Positions 1 to 10,642 of a stretch of DNA of 62,007 bases are shown here, piece by piece. The position numbers and the translations under genes were made by a program. The DNA lies in contig JAGHHZ010000020.1 in assembly GCA_017887425.1 (NCBI GenBank), positions 1 to 62,007 on the forward strand, given 5' to 3'. Each line of letters opens with the position of its first letter. Position 1 is the stretch's first letter. The notes under the pieces are model-generated. The model ran no database searches and was not told the origin of the DNA. It saw only the letters and a list, made by a program, of their open reading frames with translations. The DNA comes from Bacilli bacterium. GTDB lineage: Bacteria > Bacillota_I > Bacilli_A > RF39 > UBA660.

Positions 1-90
1 AAGTTTATAGAAACAAATCCACAGTGCGAGATATATTATACATCTAGTAGTATAATATATCAAAAAATATAATAGAAAGGGATCAATCTA
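1..90 (+). CDS. 3' end of a CDS truncated by the window edge, product unknown
   Basis: Frame 1 is open from base 1 (KFIETNPQCEIYY...) to TAA at 88-90. Confidence 0.4.
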
Positions 91-130
91 ATAGATTAAT
101 ATTTCTATAAGATTGATTATACGTGATGTT

Positions 131-682
131 ATGAAGACAACAGTTGGAATATCTAATCGTCATGTTCATCTAAAACAAAGTGATTTGGATATTTTGTTTG
201 GCCAAGATTTAACCGTTAAAAATAAAATAAATCAACCAGGACAATTTGCAGCTAATGAACTAGTAACTATTAAAACTGATAAAGCTGAAATTAGTAATGT
301 AAGAGTACTAGGACCAGTTAGAGGTTATACGCAAATAGAAATTTCTAAAACTGATGCTTATAAATTGGGATTAAATCCTCCCGTTAGAACTTCTGGAGAT
401 TTAGAAAATAGTGAAGTAGTAACTTTAATTGGACCTAAAGGAAGTATAAAAACTAATGGTTGCATTATTGCTGATAGACATTTACATATAACTTATCAGG
501 ATAAAGAAAAATATCATATGCCAGACAAAATATATGTAAAAGTAGGGGGGATTAAACCAGGCATTATTGAAGTTAATGTTAAGGCAAGTGATGAAGCTTA
601 CTTTGAAATTCATTTAGATACTGACGATGCGAATGCATTCTTACTTAAAAATGGCGATGAAGTCGAAATAGTAGATTTATAA
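131..682 (+). CDS. pduL: PduL-family phosphate propanoyl/acetyltransferase
   Basis: Motifs GISNRHVHL, NQPGQFA, RVLGPVR and IADRHLH; likely ATG at 131. Confidence 0.9.
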   Translation: MKTTVGISNRHVHLKQSDLDILFGQDLTVKNKINQPGQFAANELVTIKTDKAEISNVRVLGPVRGYTQIEISKTDAYKLGLNPPVRTSGDLENSEVVTLIGPKGSIKTNGCIIADRHLHITYQDKEKYHMPDKIYVKVGGIKPGIIEVNVKASDEAYFEIHLDTDDANAFLLKNGDEVEIVDL

Positions 683-683
683 T

Positions 684-726
684 AAAAAAATGGTATTAAT
701 TTCTAAAATTTTCATACCATTTTTTT
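684..726. terminator. Bidirectional intrinsic terminator between convergent genes
   Basis: AAAAAAATGGTAT (684-696) pairs with ATACCATTTTTTT (714-726). Confidence 0.6.
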
Positions 727-1469
727 ATATATTCTTTACCACTATCTAATAAATCACTACCAACATCACCAATAATATCAATAGCTTCTTTAGTGTATTC
801 GACAAATTCATCTTTAACATTAATAATAGCATTATAATTTTCTTCTCCTAATTTTTCTTTAGAAAACTCTTTTAAATTATTTGCACCTTTTTTAATTAAT
901 TCACTAGCTTTATTAAAAGCATCTTTAGCTGTTTCAGAGATTGTTTCTTTATAATTGGGAAATTTATTCTCAATTTTATTATCGATACTAGAAGCAATTT
1001 CTAAAACTTTTTGTTTCCCGTTATCGGTTAATTCATCAAAGGTAACACCATTTATTTCGCTGTCGTAAAATAAGAAATCGACAATGGTAACAAATACTCC
1101 TTTAGCTTTATCTTTAGCATTATTAACTGTTTCACTATTTAAAATATTATCGATATCTTCTTCTATACTATTAAATGTTTCAATTGCTTTTTCATCCGCA
1201 CTACTATATTCTTCAGTTGTTTTATCAGTATTGATATTTGGTTCATTAGTATATGTTTCATTAGGATTTGATTCGATAACAGGATTAATATTAGGTTCAT
1301 CTTGTTCAATTTGTGGTTCGTTATTTTCTGTTACTGTTTCCTGATTATAATGTTGATAGTTTTCTTGTAAAGTGCTTTCTGTTTTTGAACATCCAACCAT
1401 ATTTACAACGATGAATCCAGATAATATAATAGCAATAATTTTTTTATTATTAATTATTCTCAATTTCAT
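696..1469 (-). CDS. Putative lipoprotein of unknown function
   Basis: Basic N-terminus, hydrophobic stretch, lipobox-like MVGC, E/N/T/P-rich linker. Confidence 0.7.
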   Translation of the reverse strand: MKLRIINNKKIIAIILSGFIVVNMVGCSKTESTLQENYQHYNQETVTENNEPQIEQDEPNINPVIESNPNETYTNEPNINTDKTTEEYSSADEKAIETFNSIEEDIDNILNSETVNNAKDKAKGVFVTIVDFLFYDSEINGVTFDELTDNGKQKVLEIASSIDNKIENKFPNYKETISETAKDAFNKASELIKKGANNLKEFSKEKLGEENYNAIINVKDEFVEYTKEAIDIIGDVGSDLLDSGKEYIKKWYENFRN

Positions 1470-1611
1470 TTAACCACCTCATATTGCAATATTATATCAT
1501 TTTTTTTAAAATATACAAGTTGATTAAATGATTTATTTTTATCATACTATTTAATAAGTAATTGATTAAAATTGATATTTATAGTATAATATTAACGTTA
1601 GGAGTGAAGGT

Positions 1612-2088
1612 ATGGAATTTATAAAAAAACATAAAGCTCAATTTATTGTTGGTGTTGTTTGCTTAATATTACTGATATTAGCTTTTTTTGCTGTTTATCG
1701 GATGTTTTATCCAAGTAGTAGTAAAAGTGTTTATGGTAGCAGATTAGAAAACGCTCCCGAAATAGATAATGCTGTTATCGAAAAAATAAAAAATGAAATT
1801 ATTGATTCTGATTTAGCTTTAGAAGTAACTTATGAAACTAAAGTCGCAACAATGAAATTTTTTATCGATGTTAAATCAGATACTAAATTAGAAGAAGCCA
1901 AACAATTATCACAAATTATTTTAGACTCTTTAAGCACCAAAGTTATCGATTTTTATGATATCGAACTTTTCTTTACTGATCCAAGTGGCGAAAACACAAA
2001 CTATCCATTAATTGGTTATCACTCAAAAAGTTCAACTGAATTTAGCTGGGTTGATAATGTTGCTGAAGGTGACGAAGATGAAGAATAA
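1612..2088 (+). CDS. Hypothetical membrane-anchored protein
   Basis: N-terminal TM helix; RBS GGAG upstream. Confidence 0.7.
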   Translation: MEFIKKHKAQFIVGVVCLILLILAFFAVYRMFYPSSSKSVYGSRLENAPEIDNAVIEKIKNEIIDSDLALEVTYETKVATMKFFIDVKSDTKLEEAKQLSQIILDSLSTKVIDFYDIELFFTDPSGENTNYPLIGYHSKSSTEFSWVDNVAEGDEDEE

Positions 2089-4102
2089 AAAAGTAATAAT
2101 TGGTGTAATCGTCGTTGTTTTATTAGCAATAGCTTCATTTTTAGTTTACTTTTTTTTAACAAGAGAAGATAAAATAACAACTTTAAATTTATTTGAAAAA
2201 CAATGGATTGAAAGTAATAAAAATAATGTTATCGATATGTCAATTGCTGATAGTATTCCTATTTTAAGTTATAATGGCGAAGGAATAATTCTAGACTTTT
2301 TAGATTCTTTAAACGATGAAACTGGTCTTGCCTTTAATAAGGTATCTTATCGTTTAGGCGATGAAGTAAAATCAGAATATGCTTTTAAATTGGTCGATAA
2401 TGTTGAAGAAAATCAAATATTAGTTTACACAGATAACTATGTTTTAGTAACTAAAGATCAAACTTTTTTAAGTATTGAAAGTTTAGAAGGTTTAACTATC
2501 GGTGTTTTAAATGAAACATTAACTAATATTAATAATTATCTACACAATGCGGATGTTAGTTATAAAACATTTGAAAATAATGATGAACTTATTAATGAGT
2601 TTAATAATACTGAAACTGATTTAGATGCGATTGTTTTATTGAAAACTACTGATTTAAAACAAATGATTGATAATAATTATAAAATAGCTTTCAATATAAG
2701 TGATTATAAAAAATATTATGTTTTAACACTAGGAAGTACAGAAAGATTAAATACTATCTTAACTAAATATTATAGTCGTTGGTCTAGTCTAAACTATGAA
2801 GATTCTTATAATAAATATTTATCTAAAAATTATCTAAGCTTTAAAGGTATTAGTGATGAAGAAACAGTAAAATTTAGAAGTAAAAGATATAATTATGGCT
2901 TTGTGGAAAATGCTCCATTTGATACTTTATTAGATAATCGTTTAGCAGGAATAAATTATCAGTTATTATCAAGTTTTTCTGATTTAACTAGTGCTGAGAT
3001 ATCTTACCGCGAATATAGTAATATTAATGATTTATTAAATGCATTTAATTCTAACGAAATAGATTTATTTTATGGAATAAATGCTTCAGAAGAATATGCT
3101 TTAGATGTTTATAAAACAGTACCTGTTTTTGAAAATAATCTAATGATTTTAAAACATTCTTCAAATAGTACAATTGTTAATTCTATTAAATCATTAAATG
3201 ATGTTTTATGTTTGGAAAATAGTATAATTGCTAAGTATTTTACAGATAATAATATTACAGTAAAAATTTATCCTAATATGAAAGAATTAATTAACAATAT
3301 TGATGAGAATAGCGTGATTGCTTTAGATGTATATAATTATAATTATTATTCAGAGCAATTACATGATTATATTATTGCATATCAATTTAATGATACAAAT
3401 TATTCTTTTGTTGCCAGAGATATTGGAGATAATAAGATATTTAATGAATTTTTAGATTTTTACATTAGATTTAATGATACGCAACAATATGTGACAAGTG
3501 GCTTAAGCGAATTGTTATTGGTTAATAAAACACCAATAATCTTAAAAAACATTGCTGTTGTTTTAGGTAGTATTGTTGGTATATTACTAATTGTTCTAGC
3601 TGTTATAAAAATTAAACCAAACAAAAAACACATCAATTTATCTAAAGAGGATAAATTAAGATATATTGATGAATTAACTTTATTAAAAAATCGTAATTAC
3701 TTAAACGCTTCAATTGAAAAATGGGATAGTAGTGATGTTTATCCCCAAACAATTGTTGTTGTCGATTTAAATAATATTGCTTATATTAATGATAACTATG
3801 GTCATACGGAAGGTGATGAAGTTATCAAACAAGCAGCTAATATTTTAATTGTTAATCAAATGGAAAATAGTGAAATTATTAGAACTAATGGTAATGAATT
3901 TTTAATTTATTTAGTAGGTTATGAAGAAAAACAAGTAATTACCTATATGCGAAAATTAGGAAAAGAATTAAAAGAACTAAAACATGGTTTTGGAGCTGCT
4001 ATGGGATATAGTATGATTAATGATGCAATTAAAACTATCGATGATGCGATTAATGAAGCAACTTTAGATATGCGCAATAATAAAGAGGAAACAAAAGATT
4101 GA
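2078..4102 (+). CDS. Membrane sensor with solute-binding-like extracellular domains and a degenerate GGDEF domain
   Basis: Two TM helices flank a large ectodomain; DLNN..YINDNYGHTEGD; signature reads RTNGNEF; likely ATG at 2078. Confidence 0.8.
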   Translation: MKNKKVIIGVIVVVLLAIASFLVYFFLTREDKITTLNLFEKQWIESNKNNVIDMSIADSIPILSYNGEGIILDFLDSLNDETGLAFNKVSYRLGDEVKSEYAFKLVDNVEENQILVYTDNYVLVTKDQTFLSIESLEGLTIGVLNETLTNINNYLHNADVSYKTFENNDELINEFNNTETDLDAIVLLKTTDLKQMIDNNYKIAFNISDYKKYYVLTLGSTERLNTILTKYYSRWSSLNYEDSYNKYLSKNYLSFKGISDEETVKFRSKRYNYGFVENAPFDTLLDNRLAGINYQLLSSFSDLTSAEISYREYSNINDLLNAFNSNEIDLFYGINASEEYALDVYKTVPVFENNLMILKHSSNSTIVNSIKSLNDVLCLENSIIAKYFTDNNITVKIYPNMKELINNIDENSVIALDVYNYNYYSEQLHDYIIAYQFNDTNYSFVARDIGDNKIFNEFLDFYIRFNDTQQYVTSGLSELLLVNKTPIILKNIAVVLGSIVGILLIVLAVIKIKPNKKHINLSKEDKLRYIDELTLLKNRNYLNASIEKWDSSDVYPQTIVVVDLNNIAYINDNYGHTEGDEVIKQAANILIVNQMENSEIIRTNGNEFLIYLVGYEEKQVITYMRKLGKELKELKHGFGAAMGYSMINDAIKTIDDAINEATLDMRNNKEETKD

Positions 4103-4911
4103 AAAAGTTTTTAACTGATTTATGGAAAGTTATTAGATTACCGGAAATGTTAATATTACCCGGTAATCTAGCTTTTTTTCTAATTCTTTCTTTAGCTCCA
4201 ATTTTAACACTATTCGGTATGATTTCGTCTGCTTTATCATTATCAACTTCTAGCATAACTAATGCTTTACAAAGTGTTGTTCCAAGTGGTGTTATGGAAA
4301 TTTTACTACCTTTTTTTGAAGGTGGCTTAAGTGTTACAAACTTTGTATTTATTATCGTTGGATTTTTTGTTGCTAGTAATGGTCCTGATAGTTTAATTAC
4401 AGCTTCTAATATTTTATATAAAAATAAACCTAAAAATTATATTTACCGTCGTATCAAAGCTTTATTTATGACGTTTTGGTTAATATTATTGTTTGTCTTT
4501 ACATTAATCGTTATGGCTTTTGGTAGCTTTATTTTAAACAATGTTTTAACTTTTGGTGTTATCGGACGTTTTATAGCTAATAACTATGTTATCATTACTA
4601 TAATTAAAGTTTTAATTGCTTTTGTCATGATTTTCTTTATAATTAAAATTTTATATACTATGGCACCCGATCAAAAAATTAAAAGTAAATATGTTAATTA
4701 TGGGGCATTATTTGCCACTTTATCAATTATGGTATTGACTGGTGGATATTCATTTTATGTGACAAATATAGCTAATTATGATGTTATTTATGGTGGCTTA
4801 GCTAATATTGCTATATTAATGTTATTAGTTTATTTTATATCTTATATCATTGTTTTAGGAATAGCTATTAACCATAACTATTACGAAAATAAAATGAATA
4901 AAATTAGTTAA
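4099..4911 (+). CDS. YihY/virulence factor BrkB family membrane protein
   Basis: LAFFLILSLAP start, multiple TMs, IYGGLANIAILML motif. Confidence 0.85.
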   Translation: MKKFLTDLWKVIRLPEMLILPGNLAFFLILSLAPILTLFGMISSALSLSTSSITNALQSVVPSGVMEILLPFFEGGLSVTNFVFIIVGFFVASNGPDSLITASNILYKNKPKNYIYRRIKALFMTFWLILLFVFTLIVMAFGSFILNNVLTFGVIGRFIANNYVIITIIKVLIAFVMIFFIIKILYTMAPDQKIKSKYVNYGALFATLSIMVLTGGYSFYVTNIANYDVIYGGLANIAILMLLVYFISYIIVLGIAINHNYYENKMNKIS

Positions 4912-4929
4912 TTTGTTTATAATAAGTAA

Positions 4930-5033
4930 TGAATATATATATTCAAAACACAGACTACTTTTAATACCGAGGAAGTTTCACTTGTAAACTTATAAGTATT
5001 GTTTGTGAATGTAGCTTTATGCTACATTTTTTT
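4930..5033 (+). ncRNA. Candidate ~100-nt small RNA (stand-alone transcription unit)
   Basis: TATAAT at 4918-4923; imperfect stem 4941-4960/4994-5010; inner hairpin AAGTTT/AAACTT; terminator AATGTAGC-TTTAT-GCTACATT-T-run; no ORF. Confidence 0.35.
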
Positions 5034-5088
5034 GTTGTAAAATTTTTCTTTTTTTGATATAATTCTTATAGTAAAGAAGGTGTTCAAT

Positions 5089-6438
5089 TTGAATAAGAAA
5101 GGGTTTGCAGTTAGTGGTATAATTTATTCAATTTTAATCTTATTTTTAATCTTAATTTTTAGCATATTAAGTATTTTAGGTGGTCGTAAATTAATATTAG
5201 ATAAATTAAAAAACGATGTTATGAACGAATTAAATGATGAAGTTTTTGAACTTGCTTATCGTGATCGAAGTGGAGCTAATAGGCCAGAATTATTAAGTAA
5301 TATGATACCGATTAGATATGATGGAACTAATTGGGTATATGCTGATATAAATGAAGAATGGTATAATTATGAAACACAAGAATGGGCTAATGCAGTTGTT
5401 TTAAATAGTGGAGTAGTCAAGAATGTTGGCGATACAATAACTGAAAGTGATATAGCTTTATGGTATGTGTGGATTCCAAGATATAAATATCAATTGTTTA
5501 ATGCAAATAATGAAGGTGTTGCTGAGCAGTTAATTAATATCGAATTTGAAAGGGGAACAGCAAGTACTGGAACAGTAAGCTGTACTGATGCCATTAATCA
5601 ATCTGATGAAAATGGTAATTTGATTAGTGAAACGTGTATTAATGCCACAAATGGTAATTGGTATACCCACCCCGCCTTTACTTTTGGTGATGAAGAAATA
5701 ACTGGTTTTTGGATAGGAAAATTTGAAGTAAGTGGTACTACTGATAATATTACTATAAAGCCAAATGTAAGTAGTTTAAGAAGTACAACAGTGTCTCAAT
5801 TCTTTACAGCAATCCAAAATATGAAAACTACATATGGCTTAAGTGGCGATAGTCATATGATGAAGAATATGGAATGGGGAGCAGTAGCATATTTAAAACA
5901 AAGTAAATATGGATTAGGAGAAACAGATATCGGAATAAATAATAATAGTTCATATATAACAGGATGTGGAGCAACAGCAGGAAGCTCTAGTAGTGATACA
6001 TGTGATGCTTATAATACTACCAATGGCATGTTAGCAAGTACAACGGGAAATATATATGGAGTATATGATATGAGTGGTGGAGCATGGGAACACGTGATGG
6101 GAAACATAGTCAATAGTAGTGGAGCTTTCTATGCGAGTAGTTCAGGATTTAGTAGTGCTCCAGATGCAAAATACTATGATGCCTATACATATGGAACAGA
6201 TTATGAAGATCATGGTCGAGGAAAGTTAGGGGATGCGACAAAGGAGACATTAGCGACATTTGGAAGTTATAATGGTGGTTGGTATAGCGATTCCACTAGC
6301 TTCGTCTACTCTAGTAGCTTTTGGTTCAGCCGGGGCGGCTACCACAACAGGGGTTCCGGTGCCGGTGTGTTCATCTTCGACAGCAGCAATGGTGGAGTCT
6401 TCAGCACCAACGGTTCGCGTGCAGTCCTCGTCCCATAA
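5089..6438 (+). CDS. Pilin-like (class III signal, no Glu5) surface protein with a C-terminal CLec/FGE-like domain; probable DGR target
   Basis: TTG start after GAAGGTG; NKKG|FAVSG plus hydrophobic helix; GVYDMSGGAWEHV; ends RGG...GAGVF...GSRAVLVP. Confidence 0.8.
   Translation: MNKKGFAVSGIIYSILILFLILIFSILSILGGRKLILDKLKNDVMNELNDEVFELAYRDRSGANRPELLSNMIPIRYDGTNWVYADINEEWYNYETQEWANAVVLNSGVVKNVGDTITESDIALWYVWIPRYKYQLFNANNEGVAEQLINIEFERGTASTGTVSCTDAINQSDENGNLISETCINATNGNWYTHPAFTFGDEEITGFWIGKFEVSGTTDNITIKPNVSSLRSTTVSQFFTAIQNMKTTYGLSGDSHMMKNMEWGAVAYLKQSKYGLGETDIGINNNSSYITGCGATAGSSSSDTCDAYNTTNGMLASTTGNIYGVYDMSGGAWEHVMGNIVNSSGAFYASSSGFSSAPDAKYYDAYTYGTDYEDHGRGKLGDATKETLATFGSYNGGWYSDSTSFVYSSSFWFSRGGYHNRGSGAGVFIFDSSNGGVFSTNGSRAVLVP
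6286..6435 (+). repeat. Putative DGR variable repeat (VR)
   Basis: 78/135 GC over 6301-6435; 30 of 50 codons end in C; variable-looking codons are NNC (AGC, TAC, CAC, GAC, ATC, ACC, AAC); located at the CLec 3' end. Confidence 0.75.
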
Positions 6439-6447
6439 TTATAGATT

Positions 6448-6480
6448 AAACTGATAAAATAATTGTTTATCAGTTTTTTT
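6448..6480 (+). terminator. Hairpin directly after the putative VR (terminator and/or DGR homing hairpin)
   Basis: AAACTGATAAA-ATAATTG-TTTATCAGTTT followed by T-run. Confidence 0.7.
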
Positions 6481-6509
6481 TAATTGCATAAAATATATTA
6501 GGTGATGTT

Positions 6510-7754
6510 ATGTACCTAACTGAATTAAATAAAGTAGTTGCTGGTATTATTTACAAAGATACTATGATAAATAAAATAAAAACTAATTCTAAAGAGATAG
6601 AAAAAGGTGATTTGTTTTTAGCTATTAATAAAGGTCATGATTATATAAATGAAGCTATCGATAATGGAGCAGTAGCTATTATTTGCGAGAATAACATAAA
6701 AGATATTCCACATATTAAAGTCAAATCAAGTATAGAGGCATTAGGCAAAATAGCAAATTATCTTCGCAATAAACATAAAATACCATTAATAGCTATTACT
6801 GGTAGTGTTGGAAAAACAACAACCAAAGAATTAGTAGCGTTAGTATTAAGCAAAAAATATAAAGTCTTAAAATCAATTAAAAACAATAATAATCATATTG
6901 GGTTACCTTTGACTTTACTTAATTTAGATGATACTTATGATGTAATAGTAACAGAATTAGGAATGAATCATCAAGGGGAAATTTCATACTTATCAAAAAT
7001 ATGTACACCTGATTATGCCGTTATAACGAATATTGGAACTGCTCATATCGGTTATTTAGGTAGTCAAAAAAACATATTAAAAGCTAAGTTAGAAATATTA
7101 GATGGTATGAATAATGGTTGCTTAATTATCAATAATGAAGATAAGTATTTAAAAAAATTAAAATATAAAAATATTATTAAAGTTGATCGAAAAAATTTAG
7201 AATTAAAAAACTTAAAATGTCAAGATAAAATAGAATTCGATATAAAAAATACACATTTTATTTTTAATTCGTATGAACATTTATTAATAGATGCATTAAT
7301 AGCTATCAAAATAGGAATATTATTTGATATTGATTTAAATCTAATTAGTGAAGCTATTTTAGAATATCAAAATAGTGAAGGTAGATTAAATATAATCAAA
7401 AACAAATATACGATAATTGATGATAGTTATAATAGTAGTTTTGAATCATTAGTTGGAGGATTAGAAATATTAAAAAATAAAGAAGATTTTAAGTTTATAG
7501 TGCTTGGTGATATGTTAGAATTAGGTAAATATAGTAATAAATATCATAAAAAGATAAATAAATATTTAAAAAAAATTAATAATAAACAAGTATTATTAAT
7601 CGGTAAATATACGAAAGTAATTAAAGGAAAACATTTTAATGATATTGATAAGTTAAGTGACTATTTAAAGCAAAATATAAAATATAATGATATTATTTAT
7701 ATTAAAGGAAGTCATGCTATGAATTTAGACAAAATAAAAGAAACTTTTAATTAA
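6510..7754 (+). CDS. murF: UDP-N-acetylmuramoyl-tripeptide--D-Ala-D-Ala ligase
   Basis: ITGSVGKTTTKE, NNHIGLPLTL, ELGMNH, IDDSYNSS, LGDMLELG. Confidence 0.93.
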   Translation: MYLTELNKVVAGIIYKDTMINKIKTNSKEIEKGDLFLAINKGHDYINEAIDNGAVAIICENNIKDIPHIKVKSSIEALGKIANYLRNKHKIPLIAITGSVGKTTTKELVALVLSKKYKVLKSIKNNNNHIGLPLTLLNLDDTYDVIVTELGMNHQGEISYLSKICTPDYAVITNIGTAHIGYLGSQKNILKAKLEILDGMNNGCLIINNEDKYLKKLKYKNIIKVDRKNLELKNLKCQDKIEFDIKNTHFIFNSYEHLLIDALIAIKIGILFDIDLNLISEAILEYQNSEGRLNIIKNKYTIIDDSYNSSFESLVGGLEILKNKEDFKFIVLGDMLELGKYSNKYHKKINKYLKKINNKQVLLIGKYTKVIKGKHFNDIDKLSDYLKQNIKYNDIIYIKGSHAMNLDKIKETFN

Positions 7755-8317
7755 AGCTTCTTTGTTTTTTCACTTTCAAATTGTTCGTCTTCTAATTTTT
7801 TATATAAATCTTTTCTAAAAGCTGTGATTTCAGCAATCTTAGCTAAAATCAAATTATAATCTTTAACTCCATAATAATTTTTTATTATTGAGCATAAACG
7901 ATTTATTTTTCTACTTGCTATTTTAATTTCATCAGTATCTAATTCTTTAGCTATAGCAGTTATTTTTTTAATACTTTTTACAGCTCTAGCATAACTAAAT
8001 AGTTGATAATAGTTAACATTTTTAGATAGTAAAACTCTTATAAATTTTTCGTCATCAGCAAAAGCAATATTAGCAGCTAATAATGCTTTAAAAGTATCAC
8101 TTTTATCACGATATTTATGACCTAAAAAAGCTAACTCACGTGATCTTTGCGCTAAGATTTCAACTAGAGCACCACCTTCAAAATTACTTCTTAAATAGCG
8201 AGAGTGATAACTTCCATCTTTTTTAGCTAATTCAATATCTTCACTAGATAATGTTAATAGTTCATCTTTTGTAACTACCTTTTCAAAATCAATTGTATTA
8301 TCTTTAATTCTTTCCAT
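7751..8317 (-). CDS. Hypothetical protein (orphan-like, own sigma-A promoter)
   Basis: 188-aa ORF; AGGGGGA RBS; TTGACA-N17-TATTAT on the minus strand at 8348-8376. Confidence 0.7.
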   Translation of the reverse strand: MERIKDNTIDFEKVVTKDELLTLSSEDIELAKKDGSYHSRYLRSNFEGGALVEILAQRSRELAFLGHKYRDKSDTFKALLAANIAFADDEKFIRVLLSKNVNYYQLFSYARAVKSIKKITAIAKELDTDEIKIASRKINRLCSIIKNYYGVKDYNLILAKIAEITAFRKDLYKKLEDEQFESEKTKKL

Positions 8318-8411
8318 AAAAAATCCCCCTTCAAAACTATGTCGGTTATAATAGCACATTTTAAAACTCTTGTCAAATTATGAATTATAGTTTATAATTA
8401 GTCACGGGTGA

Positions 8412-9898
<1,487 letters not shown>

Positions 9899-9971
9899 AT
9901 TAATCACCTAATAATTAATATGTTTTTGTATAAAACTTTAGAACCCTAACCATAATGTAATAGGTGATTAT

Positions 9972-10601
9972 ATGTATATAAATATTATAATTAAAACTTT
10001 TATTTTATATTTTTTTATCGTCATTTGTTATCGAATTATGGGAAAAAAAGAAGTTGGACAATTAAGTATTATCGATTTAATTGTTTCGATTTTGATTGCA
10101 GAATTAGCCGCTATGAGTATTGAAGAAACAAACCGTTCGATTTTAATTTCTGTAATTCCTATAGCACTATTAGTAATAATTCAAGTAAGTTTAAGTTTAT
10201 TAACATTAAAAAGTAACGCTTTTAGAAAATTCATCGATGGTAACCCTCAGATCTTAATAAATAAAGGAAAAGTTAATTTTAAACAAATGCAAAAGACAAG
10301 GTATAGTTTAGATGATTTAATTTCTCAACTAAGAGAACAAGGAATAAAAAACTTAGATGAAGTTAATTATGCAATTTTAGAAAATAACGGTAAATTATCA
10401 GTATTTAGTGATAACAATGTTTATCCGATGCCTATTATTTTAGACGGCGTAATTGATGTTGATACTGTTAAAAACATGAATAAAGATATCGATTGGGTTT
10501 ATAGTATTTTAAATAAAAATAAATTAAAACTAGATGAAGTTTTTTACGCTTTTTATACAAAAGATAAAACTTATATTATTAAAAAAAGTGAAACTAATTG
10601 A
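9972..10601 (+). CDS. DUF421 (YrbG/YetF-like) membrane protein
   Basis: RIMGKKEVGQLSIIDL, LREQGI, AILENNGKLSV. Confidence 0.9.
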   Translation: MYINIIIKTFILYFFIVICYRIMGKKEVGQLSIIDLIVSILIAELAAMSIEETNRSILISVIPIALLVIIQVSLSLLTLKSNAFRKFIDGNPQILINKGKVNFKQMQKTRYSLDDLISQLREQGIKNLDEVNYAILENNGKLSVFSDNNVYPMPIILDGVIDVDTVKNMNKDIDWVYSILNKNKLKLDEVFYAFYTKDKTYIIKKSETN

Positions 10602-10642
10602 CTATAATTTAATAAAAATATATAATTATTATAGGTGGTAGA

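Noticed and set aside
6260-6454. 64-aa alternative-frame ORF over the pilin 3' end
   Set aside because: By-product of the stop-poor GC-rich VR; no RBS
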